This document shows, piece by piece, positions 9,955-17,893 of a stretch of DNA of 42,206 nucleotides. Origin of the DNA: a virus (taxonomy: Duplodnaviria; Caudoviricetes); IMG/VR virus record IMGVR_UViG_3300020592_000112, positions 1-42,206 of that record. One strand, written 5' to 3'. Below the pieces are notes generated by a model. It had not been told where the DNA came from, did not search any database, and saw only the letters and a list, made by a program, of their open reading frames with translations. Both the position numbers and the translations under genes were made by a program. Numbering within the stretch: the first letter of the stretch is position 1; every line of letters begins with the position of its first letter.

Positions 9955-10577
9955 CGCCGGATCTCCAGAAGAGGAATGGACGTGATCGAGCCGAGCCGCT
10001 CGAGGTCGAGCGTCACATCGAGCGCGTCGGTGTCGAAGCGGACGGGCACGTCGAACTCGAAGCCCGCGGTGATCGCGACGCCAGCGCCCGGCGCGGCGCT
10101 GAAGCTGACGACGCCGGTCGTAGTATCGACGGACCAGCCGGAAGGCTGCTCCACCCCGCCAAGCGCGATGCGCACGGTTTCGGTCACTGGCTTGGCGACG
10201 GCGCGCGTCCAGGATTGCGCGCCGGAGGCGTAGCGCTTCACCAACTGGAAAGCGGTCGCTGTGCCGTCGCCGGTCCCGATCTGCTGATCGATTGCGGCCG
10301 TCGTTTGCGAAGGTAGGCAAGACTTGTGGTCGGCCCAGTCCTTGAAGCGGAAGCCGTGGAGCCGCCCGTTGCGCGCCTCGAAAAAGGCGACGACCGCCGC
10401 CAGGTCGTCGGCGCGGCGGATGCCATAGGCAACATCGTAGCGTCGGCGCGAATTGGCCCAGCTGGCGTTGCGCTCCTCGTCGCCCGAGGCAAGTTCGACA
10501 ATTTGGGTGCGCCGCTCAGGACCGCCACGAGCGCCGCGGCTGATGTCATCGGGAAACCGAATCTCGTGAAACGCCAT
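9951..10577 (-). CDS. DUF2460 distal tail protein (RcGTA g12-like)
   Basis: FHEIRFP, FFEARNGRLHGFRFKDWAD, AGFEFDVPVRFDTD. Confidence 0.92.
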   Translation of the reverse strand: MAFHEIRFPDDISRGARGGPERRTQIVELASGDEERNASWANSRRRYDVAYGIRRADDLAAVVAFFEARNGRLHGFRFKDWADHKSCLPSQTTAAIDQQIGTGDGTATAFQLVKRYASGAQSWTRAVAKPVTETVRIALGGVEQPSGWSVDTTTGVVSFSAAPGAGVAITAGFEFDVPVRFDTDALDVTLDLERLGSITSIPLLEIRR

Positions 10578-12745
10578 CAGAGACCCCTCCGTCCAAGCGA
10601 CACGGCGCGGGCAATGTCGGCAGCCACCTGAGTACGTGACTGGCGGAAACTCTCGGCGTCGCGGGCCATGATGGTGACGTTGACCCCGCCGCCTGCGCCG
10701 TAGCTCTTTGCCTCCCGCCGCGAGAGCACCCGCTCGCCCCGCTGGAGGATTGCGGGCACCTCATCATGGCGCAGACCCACGGCACCCCCGGAGTGCATCC
10801 GGGGCGCTGCGGCGAAGGCGAGCGCAGGCACCATGCGTGCTGGTCCGCCAGCACCGACGATGCCGCCCGCGTGCAGCACGTTCGCGAACAGGCCACCGGC
10901 CTGGCCGAGAATGCCGCCAAGCGCATTCGCGATAGGGCCGAGGATGAACCGCCGCGCCGCGAGCTTGGCGAGATCGGCAATGAGCGACGTGACGAGGTCG
11001 CTGAAATTGAGCTTGCCCGTTTTCACGAACTCGCCGACGGCGTTCTCCGCCGACTGGAAGGCGCTGACGAGGCTCTGGCCGATATCGCCGCCGATCTCCC
11101 GTGCCTTGCTGGCATAGTCGCTCAGCGCAGCGGTCACCGCCTGCCACCCGGTGACCGCGGCCTCGGTGTCGGGCTTCGCTGCGGCAGCCGCCGTTCCGGC
11201 GGCAGCACCTGCTTCTGTGGCTGCGCGCCCGGCATCGCCGAGGGCGCTTTCGAATCGTTCGGCCGCATCTGTTGCATCGGTCAGCGCAGAACCGTCGGGT
11301 TCACTGGCGCGCGACAGTGCCTGACGCAGCGCTTCGATCGAGCTGAGGGGCGCTACTGCGGCGTTTGCTGCTGCTCTCGCAGAAGCCGCGAGCCGGTCAG
11401 CCTCTGCACTTGCCTCCGCAGCCGCGCCAGCCGTTTCGTAGAAGGCAGATCCGGCGCTGACCGCCGCTCCATAGACGCCAAGCATGGTGGACTCCATGCC
11501 GGGAATGCCGTCGAGGCCGCGCGCCACGGCGTGCAGGAAGTCCGCCCAGGTCTTCTGGATCTTTTGGAGCGCTGAAAGCCAGCCTGCTCGAATGGAAGCC
11601 CACACCGATTGAAGCGAAAGCGAAAGCGACTCTCCGCCCAGCTTGATTCGGTCCCAGACCTCCGAGGCGACATCGCCAAGCAAGGCCATCGCATTGCCGA
11701 AACCACCGGCGCCTTGGGCAAGTTGGGTGAACTGGTAGATCAGTTCGCCCGCGCCAACGATGAGCGCACCAATGCCAGTGCGGATGAGCGCCCCGCGTAG
11801 AACAACGAGAGCGGTTGCGAGACCCCGCACCGACAGCGCCGCTGCTGCCAGTCCCGCAACCCACCGGCCGCCGAGGAATGCGGCGAAGGTTGCGGCATAG
11901 GTGGTCAGGCGAGCGATGTTGTCGAAGAGACCTCGGATCGCGATGCCGAGCGGGCCGGTGCGGCTGGCGACCGCCGCCATGGCATTGGCGACGGCTTCCA
12001 GCGCTGGAGCCGCGGCGACCGCCAGCTGGTTTGACAACCCGCGCCAGATCAGCCCGAGCCGTGAAATCGCGTCGTTCGTCCGCTCGATCTGATCCGCATC
12101 CTGCTCCGAGACCACGACCCCGAAAGCGAGCACGTCCTCCGTCGCCTGGCGCAGCGTCGCCGTGTCGATCCGCGACATGGCGATGGAGCCTTCCTCGCCG
12201 AAGAGCTGCCCCGCGACCGCCGCGCGCTCGGCGGCGGGCACAAAGTTCTCGATGGCCGCGTTGATGGCGCCGACACGTTGGTCCAGCGGCAGCGCGATCA
12301 GCTCGTTGGCGGAAAGCCCAAGACGGTCCAGCGCATCAGCGGCAGGGCCGGTCCCGGCGGCCGCCTGGCTGAGACGGCGCGTCAGATCCTTCGTCGCCTG
12401 TTCGATGCCGGACATCGACACGCCCGCCAACTCGCCCGCGCGCTCCAGCGTCTGGATCGAGGCGACCGTGGTGCCGAGCGACTGCGCGAGTTTCGCCTGC
12501 GCATCGACGGTCTGCAGACCGGACCGGATCATCGCCACGCCCGCGGCTGCAGCGGCTGCCACGGCGGCTGCTGCCGCGACCCGGACCCGCCGCGAGAAGG
12601 CCGCAAGCCTCGCGTTAGCCGCTTCCATTTCGCGGCTCAGCCGTCCGAAGCCGCGCGATCCGGCCTCGCCAACGCCCTCCAGCTCCGCGCGCACCTGCCG
12701 TCCGCCCACGGCCGCGAGGCGAACGGAGACACGCTTCTCAGCCAT
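10577..12745 (-). CDS. Tail tape measure protein
   Basis: 722 aa, Ala-rich and helical; C-terminal DEVPAILQRGERVLSR...SRTQVAA; canonical position. Confidence 0.92.
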   Translation of the reverse strand: MAEKRVSVRLAAVGGRQVRAELEGVGEAGSRGFGRLSREMEAANARLAAFSRRVRVAAAAAVAAAAAAGVAMIRSGLQTVDAQAKLAQSLGTTVASIQTLERAGELAGVSMSGIEQATKDLTRRLSQAAAGTGPAADALDRLGLSANELIALPLDQRVGAINAAIENFVPAAERAAVAGQLFGEEGSIAMSRIDTATLRQATEDVLAFGVVVSEQDADQIERTNDAISRLGLIWRGLSNQLAVAAAPALEAVANAMAAVASRTGPLGIAIRGLFDNIARLTTYAATFAAFLGGRWVAGLAAAALSVRGLATALVVLRGALIRTGIGALIVGAGELIYQFTQLAQGAGGFGNAMALLGDVASEVWDRIKLGGESLSLSLQSVWASIRAGWLSALQKIQKTWADFLHAVARGLDGIPGMESTMLGVYGAAVSAGSAFYETAGAAAEASAEADRLAASARAAANAAVAPLSSIEALRQALSRASEPDGSALTDATDAAERFESALGDAGRAATEAGAAAGTAAAAAKPDTEAAVTGWQAVTAALSDYASKAREIGGDIGQSLVSAFQSAENAVGEFVKTGKLNFSDLVTSLIADLAKLAARRFILGPIANALGGILGQAGGLFANVLHAGGIVGAGGPARMVPALAFAAAPRMHSGGAVGLRHDEVPAILQRGERVLSRREAKSYGAGGGVNVTIMARDAESFRQSRTQVAADIARAVSLGRRGL

Positions 12746-13064
12746 GGGGACGTTCCACTTGTTCGTTGAGCTTGACCACCATCACCGCCTCGATGACGGG
12801 CAACAGTTCGGCAATGGCGAGCGGTGGCACACCGAGCGCGTCACCGAGCGCCAGCGCGGCCGACATGTCCCAGCCGATCACCGCGCCCGGCAGCACGCGC
12901 AGCTGGCCGCCGAGACGACCGACGAGGTCCCAGACCTGCCAACCCTCCGGAGTTTCCGGACGGTTCAGCCGCGCCGGGCAGTCCGGGCAGGCTTGCGTGC
13001 AGGCTTGGCAGTAGCGCTCGCCCCCACCGAAGGACCATTCGGCGAGAGCGCGGAGGCGTTTTTT
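12738..13064 (-). CDS. Tail chaperone -1 frameshift extension (gpT-like)
   Basis: The -1 frame after the slip site is open: RLRALAEWSFGGGERYCQAC...PETPEGWQVWDL...GWDMSAALAL...ERPHG*, ending over the tape-measure start. Confidence 0.8.
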   Translation of the reverse strand, partial: KKRLRALAEWSFGGGERYCQACTQACPDCPARLNRPETPEGWQVWDLVGRLGGQLRVLPGAVIGWDMSAALALGDALGVPPLAIAELLPVIEAVMVVKLNEQVERPHG

Positions 13065-13402
13065 TCCTGTTCCAGCAGCAGGCCCTTCGAGACATAGGTC
13101 AGCTGGAAGGCCTCGAAGATGGGCCAGATGTCGAGCAGCGCGTCGATGCCCTCGGGGCTGGGGTCGATCGGGTTGCCGTCGGCATCGCCGATACCATCCC
13201 AGGCGAGCACCGCCCGCCTCGCCAGCGCCTTGGCGAAGGCGACGGCACGCTCCTCGTCGAAGGCTTCTTCCGAAACCGCCTCAATGACCGGATCGCTGCG
13301 TGTCGCCACCATCAGCGCCGTGGTGAGCGGGCGCAGCTGCACCCGCACGCCGGGCGCCAGATCATGCCAGCGAGGCGCGTTCGTCAGGTCGAGCGTCAGC
13401 AT
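12965..13402 (-). CDS. Tail assembly chaperone (gpG-like)
   Basis: Start MLTLDL overlaps the tail-tube stop (TGATG); slippery A AAA AAC at 13064-13058. Confidence 0.85.
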   Translation of the reverse strand: MLTLDLTNAPRWHDLAPGVRVQLRPLTTALMVATRSDPVIEAVSEEAFDEERAVAFAKALARRAVLAWDGIGDADGNPIDPSPEGIDALLDIWPIFEAFQLTYVSKGLLLEQEKNASALSPNGPSVGASATAKPARKPARTARRG

Positions 13403-14343
13403 CAGTATTCCTCGATGTCGTTGATCAGGGTAGCGGTGCACATCCGGCCGACCACACTGTCGCGGGCGGCCTGCCAGTCGAAAGTGGCCTGCACGCCCTG
13501 CGGTCCCGAGATCTCGATCCGGGGGCGCGGCAAGTAGACGGCGTGCACGGTAAAGGTGAAGCTCTCACCAGAGGGCAGCGCATAGGCGAATTCCAACTCG
13601 CAGGCCTCGCCATTGATCGCCTGTGTCACCAGCGTGCTGTCGGCAAAGCGGACCTCGATGGAGCCGGTCAGTGCCGCGATGGACGGGTCCGCGCCGTCGA
13701 TGCGGCCGTCCGCCCGGATCGTCTCGATCCGGTCGAGATTGTTCGCGTAGGTGATGTCGGCCGAGACGACGTTGCCAAGGGCGGAGCCGTTCCTGGTGAT
13801 CGAGCCGTTGAAATGGCCGAAGCGCTTCAGCTCGAGCGCAGCAGGCGTTCCGGCGCTGGTGGTCGTGCCCACCGTCTCGCCCTGCGCCACCAGCCGCGCC
13901 GTGGCGGTCAAGAGTCCCGAACGCTGCATCTGCCAGGTGATCTGGTCCAGCACGCAGCCGGAATACATCGCGTAGCGCGGCACCTCGGGCATGCCGGTCT
14001 CGATCGACATGCTGGGCAGCGTCCAGGACCCCGACTGGAACTCGTGGCTGTACGGGGCCTCAGCGCCCGTGGTCGTTGGCGTGCCGAAGGCCGCCTTCAG
14101 CCAGAAGCCGAAGGCCTCGGCGTCGAGCGGCACCACAACATCGCCGTCTGCCGTGACAGCGTCCTTGATCGGCGCCAGCGGATCGCGGCCGTAGCCGAGC
14201 AGCTCGGAGTTCAGCAGCGGCTGCTCCGCACCGAGCGAGGTGCTGGCGAAGGGCATGCGGGTGAAGCCGCTGGCGGGCGGCGTTCCATAGGTCGTCTCGA
14301 ACGCAAGCGCCATCAGCGCCCGCGCCCCCTGGGCTCGTGCCAT
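13402..14343 (-). CDS. Major tail tube protein
   Basis: MARAQGARA...FETTYGTPP, GPQGVQATFDWQAA; lies upstream of chaperone and tape measure. Confidence 0.85.
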   Translation of the reverse strand: MARAQGARALMALAFETTYGTPPASGFTRMPFASTSLGAEQPLLNSELLGYGRDPLAPIKDAVTADGDVVVPLDAEAFGFWLKAAFGTPTTTGAEAPYSHEFQSGSWTLPSMSIETGMPEVPRYAMYSGCVLDQITWQMQRSGLLTATARLVAQGETVGTTTSAGTPAALELKRFGHFNGSITRNGSALGNVVSADITYANNLDRIETIRADGRIDGADPSIAALTGSIEVRFADSTLVTQAINGEACELEFAYALPSGESFTFTVHAVYLPRPRIEISGPQGVQATFDWQAARDSVVGRMCTATLINDIEEY

Positions 14344-14367
14344 GGTGTTCTCCTCTGGTGGTCGGGG

Positions 14368-14787
14368 TCAGGCCAGCGGATCGGCCGTGGAATAGTGCAG
14401 CACCACCGGGATCACGGCGGCCTTCAGGCTCGCCGCGCCCTCGACCGGCAGATCGACCGGCCGTGGCGCTTCCGCCTCGACCCAATCGCAGAGCCCGCCC
14501 AATGTGCGGTCGGCGGAGAGCGCCGCGCCGATGCTTGCGACGAGCGTGTCGAAGGCGGCGTCACGGGCGGCGCCCTGAACGACAGCCTCGATCTCGGCCC
14601 GGTGCTGGTAGTGGTAGCGCAAGGGCGACAGCGTAACCTCCGGTTCTCCGAGCTCGCCGTCGCGCAGGATCAGGAGGCCGGCGGCAGGCACGCGCTCGGG
14701 CAGCACTTCGCCGCGCAGTGCGGTGGCGGGCAGCGCCGAGAGCCGCGCGTGCAGCGCGGCGAGGATGGTTTCGCGAGTGGTTGTCAT
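14368..14787 (-). CDS. Tail terminator / completion-like protein
   Basis: RETILAAL...LRDGE.GEPEVTLSP...DRTLGGLCDW; directly before the tail tube. Confidence 0.75.
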   Translation of the reverse strand: MTTTRETILAALHARLSALPATALRGEVLPERVPAAGLLILRDGELGEPEVTLSPLRYHYQHRAEIEAVVQGAARDAAFDTLVASIGAALSADRTLGGLCDWVEAEAPRPVDLPVEGAASLKAAVIPVVLHYSTADPLA

Positions 14788-14891
14788 ATCTTACAAGTGC
14801 TTGCTCTTTGAAGTAGACCTGAATCCGGTGCTGATCTGCTGATTAAACGTCAACAAGCGGGACGCGCTAGTCGGAACGCAGGTTTCTAGCG

Positions 14892-15941
14892 GTGGGTAGG
14901 CAAGTGGCTGTCGAAAAGATCAAAGTGGGAACAAAGACGGTCGGGTTGAGCAAGGCTGTGCACAACGCGCAGTTCCAGATGAGGACAGTACTAACCCTCG
15001 AACCTTTTGATTATGTCGATCTCTGGCTGCGCCGACAGCACAAGGAGGAGGCGCTATTTTATTGGCGGCAAGCGCGGGATTTTCATAGGGCAGCAATGGG
15101 ACTTCCCATGGAGTCCGCGCCGTTGGTACTCTACTACTGCTTCATGAACGCAGCGAAGGCGTTGCTTGCTTCAAAGGGAACGGCTTTCAGCCCCTACCAC
15201 GGGGTGGGGTCACATCGCATGAGGGGTCCCAACAGCAAGGTGGTACTTAGCAACGAGGGCATTGCGATCAAACAAAACGGGATTGTGCCGGCATTGGCAG
15301 GCTACTTTGCAGAAGCCGAGCCTGCTGTGACCCACAGTCTTGAAGATGTACTTTACAACCTTGTATTCGTCCATCGCACCTACTGCCTGAGCTATTCGAA
15401 CAAGAAGGAACGTTTTCTTCCTTTGAAGAATATTGCTTTCGTTCGTGACAGCGACACGAACGAAGTCTGGTTTACGGCTGACGCAGTCGACGATGCCGAC
15501 TGGAGGTTCTTCCGCAAGCATCTCCCACCTGAGATCTCAGCCGCTCCAAACGGTAGCGCGACGATCATCTCCAATACGCGTATTACTTGGGCCTCGTTGG
15601 ATAGGCCTACGGACGCAGAACTGGACCAACTGAGGCTTCTCAATCAGGAACTCCGTCGCGTTTTGCACTACATCAACGGTGCGCACACGCTTTGGTACCT
15701 AAAGTCATCCGGCGCGCATCAGATTGACCGGCGGCCCATCACGCTGACGCTTGCTGCCATGCACCGCTTGAGTGAAATTTGCCGATACAAGCCATCGGAG
15801 TTGCGCTCGTTTCTAGATGGGCAGAAGAACTGGCTATTGAGCGAATTTGTTGCCATGGCGCCCCCCCAATTCCTGGATGAGATCGCGTGCGAGATGACCG
15901 GGCACCAGATCATGATTCCGAATGTCCGAACCCCAGTTTGA
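14892..15941 (+). CDS. YaaC-family protein (HEPN-like fold suspected); candidate defence effector
   Basis: QARDF..AA..LP...PLVLYYCFMNAAKALL, YHG and LSEICRYKP motifs match my recollection of YaaC; low GC; opposite strand to the tail operon; alternative GTG start at 14904. Confidence 0.75.
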   Translation: MGRQVAVEKIKVGTKTVGLSKAVHNAQFQMRTVLTLEPFDYVDLWLRRQHKEEALFYWRQARDFHRAAMGLPMESAPLVLYYCFMNAAKALLASKGTAFSPYHGVGSHRMRGPNSKVVLSNEGIAIKQNGIVPALAGYFAEAEPAVTHSLEDVLYNLVFVHRTYCLSYSNKKERFLPLKNIAFVRDSDTNEVWFTADAVDDADWRFFRKHLPPEISAAPNGSATIISNTRITWASLDRPTDAELDQLRLLNQELRRVLHYINGAHTLWYLKSSGAHQIDRRPITLTLAAMHRLSEICRYKPSELRSFLDGQKNWLLSEFVAMAPPQFLDEIACEMTGHQIMIPNVRTPV

Positions 15942-15949
15942 GGCCAAGA

Positions 15950-16462
15950 GTGAATATTTACATCGGCTGCGGTTTGACTCATGTGCCGCGCGAAATCTTC
16001 GATAGCTACGTAGCGTACCTGCACGAACTGGCGGCTTCTCTTCGAGCGATTCCAGAGGTCTCCAGCGTCCGATATGCGCTGGTCGACAGCGATCCGCAGC
16101 TTGCGGTGAAGCCGAGCTCAGATCGTGCGGCCTTATGCTATGACTGGGACAGGCGGATGGTGGAAGAGGCCGATTTGATGGTCGCGGACGCCAGCTTCCC
16201 ATCGACCGGCCTCGGCATCGAGCTTCAGATCGCGGAGACTGCGGGAATCCCGATCATCATGTTGATTGGGGATCACGGTATCAACAGAGTTGCGAGCGCT
16301 CACTACCAGAATCCTGACCGTAGTCAGCATGACTTGCAGGTCGGCGAGGGAATTGTGTCGCTTATGGCGCTCGGTTTGCCGGGGATCCGCAAGGCGATTC
16401 CGTACAGAACATTCGAGGAAGCTGTCTCTGGAGCAGCTGCAGCGGTGAAGCTCTACGGCTAG
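15950..16462 (+). CDS. Nucleoside 2-deoxyribosyltransferase / DNPH1(RCL)-like nucleotide N-glycosidase
   Basis: GTG start after GAGG, 8 nt past the YaaC stop; IYIGCG, YDWDRRMVEEADLMVADASFPSTGLGIELQIA and VSLMALG motifs. Confidence 0.85.
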   Translation: MNIYIGCGLTHVPREIFDSYVAYLHELAASLRAIPEVSSVRYALVDSDPQLAVKPSSDRAALCYDWDRRMVEEADLMVADASFPSTGLGIELQIAETAGIPIIMLIGDHGINRVASAHYQNPDRSQHDLQVGEGIVSLMALGLPGIRKAIPYRTFEEAVSGAAAAVKLYG

Positions 16463-16540
16463 ATACTGCCATCCTTCGTTGGCCCGGTTGCTGCCTAGCC
16501 TGGCGCGCTGTGTGACACAGGGGGCGCGTCAAGCTACCGT

Positions 16541-17176
16541 TCATCTGATCGTCCGCACCTCCACCCAGTTCGCCACGATCAGTCCCGGCACACCGTCCAC
16601 CACCCGGTCTGCATCCCGCGCCAAGTCCAGCCGCTTTGGCAGCTTGACCTGCGGCACGAGCAGGAAGATCGGTGCGGTGACCTTGCCGCGCCCGGTCTTC
16701 GAGCGCGACACCACCGCCTGTCCCCTGGTGTTCAGCCGTCCCTCGGCCACCAGCAGGCTCGGTCTGGTGCGGCGATAGACGAAGCGGAGGCGCAGCCCGC
16801 GCCGTCGTTCCCATTCGCCGGGAGTGATCCTGCCACCGCGCAGGGATTTGCCCGCTGCCGGCAACGGGATCGCCAGCCAGAACCCATTTTTCGAGCGGAT
16901 CAGCGGCCCCGTGTCATGCGCTCCGACGATGACCGGAGCCTTGGACCAGACCAATGCTGCCGCGTCGAGGCTCTCGCCCGACCTTGGGAAGTTCTGGCTC
17001 CGGATCGAGTTGGCCAACCGTGTGCCGAGACCCGCGCCAGTGATCTGCAATCGCCAGGCGGCCTTCAGCCCGGTGCCGGCCTCGCGCATGGCGGCGGTCA
17101 CGGCGCGTTCGCCCGCCGCCACCTCGGCGGCCATCATCGCGACAATGTCGGGATCGATGTCGAGCTTCAGTTTCAC
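16541..17176 (-). CDS. DUF6441-like neck/tail completion protein
   Basis: GLK..WR.QITGAGLG.RLANSIR, WLAIP, PIFLLVPQVKLPKRLD; head-tail region. Confidence 0.75.
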   Translation of the reverse strand: MKLKLDIDPDIVAMMAAEVAAGERAVTAAMREAGTGLKAAWRLQITGAGLGTRLANSIRSQNFPRSGESLDAAALVWSKAPVIVGAHDTGPLIRSKNGFWLAIPLPAAGKSLRGGRITPGEWERRRGLRLRFVYRRTRPSLLVAEGRLNTRGQAVVSRSKTGRGKVTAPIFLLVPQVKLPKRLDLARDADRVVDGVPGLIVANWVEVRTIR

Positions 17177-17484
17177 GCGGGCCTCAGATCGACGGTCCAG
17201 ACCATCCGCTCGCGGTCGCGGACGGGCTCGCCCTGTATGAGGAAAGCGTCGCCGTCGATTTCCAAGCGGTCGCCGGGGCGCGGGTTCGCCACCTCGGCGA
17301 GGCGCAGGTCGATCCGAGTGGTCTCGGACCAGAGCCGGGCGTCGCCGAAGTCGGAGACGACATCCGCGCGCCTGGCGACGGCGCGCACCAGCACCGGCGC
17401 GCCGCCCTCGGCGATGTAGACCGCGTCCCGGCCGATGTTCGGATCGGCAAAGAGCGCGCTCACGGCGGCGGCGAAGGCGCTCAT
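17173..17484 (-). CDS. Head-tail joining protein (gpFII-like)
   Basis: 103 aa; LFADPN, PRPGDRLEIDG...DRER.VW; position. Confidence 0.75.
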   Translation of the reverse strand: MSAFAAAVSALFADPNIGRDAVYIAEGGAPVLVRAVARRADVVSDFGDARLWSETTRIDLRLAEVANPRPGDRLEIDGDAFLIQGEPVRDRERMVWTVDLRPA

Positions 17485-17819
17485 CAGAACGTCGCGTTTA
17501 GGCGCACCCGGCCGACGGTGTCGCCTGCGCCGCTCGCCACCGCTTCGATGGCCACGCCGATGAGGGTGTTGTCAGTGGCCACGGTCGTGCAGCGCTTGTT
17601 GGTGTCGTCCCAGTAGACCTTGGCGCCGACGGTCCAGGCCTGAGAGCCGACCTTGGTGATGTCGAAGACACCGACGAGCGCCGTCTCGACAGGCTCGCCG
17701 ATGGCGGCGGCGCCCGCGGCAATGCCGAAGATGGAGCCGACGAGCACGCCGTCGCCGGAGGCGACGGCATAGGGCGCGGTCAGGGTGATGGTGTTGCCGG
17801 GCTGGAGGTAGTTTTTCAT
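17484..17819 (-). CDS. DUF2190 capsid decoration/cement protein
   Basis: MKNYLQPG, GAKVYWD, VRLN; follows the capsid gene. Confidence 0.85.
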   Translation of the reverse strand: MKNYLQPGNTITLTAPYAVASGDGVLVGSIFGIAAGAAAIGEPVETALVGVFDITKVGSQAWTVGAKVYWDDTNKRCTTVATDNTLIGVAIEAVASGAGDTVGRVRLNATF

Positions 17820-17846
17820 GGTTGGGATCCTCGTGGAATGACGAAG

Positions 17847-17866
17847 GGCGGCCCGATTGGACCGCC
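17847..17866 (-). terminator. Hairpin after the major capsid gene
   Basis: - strand GGCGGTCC-AATC-GGGCCGCC then CTTC; weak U tract. Confidence 0.5.
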
Positions 17867-17893
17867 TGTGTGTCAGGGCTCAGGATGGGTGCG

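Noticed and set aside
4664-10577. Gene transfer agent cluster
   Set aside because: The GTA-like genes are embedded with an integrase, replication genes, a lambda-type terminase and a cos candidate, which indicates a true prophage.
14788-14891. Specific promoter for the YaaC cassette
   Set aside because: The gap is AT-rich and likely holds one, but I could not place a convincing -35/-10 pair.
15950-16540. Retron (NDT effector as in Eco1/Ec86)
   Set aside because: No reverse transcriptase and no msr-msd-like inverted repeats in the window.
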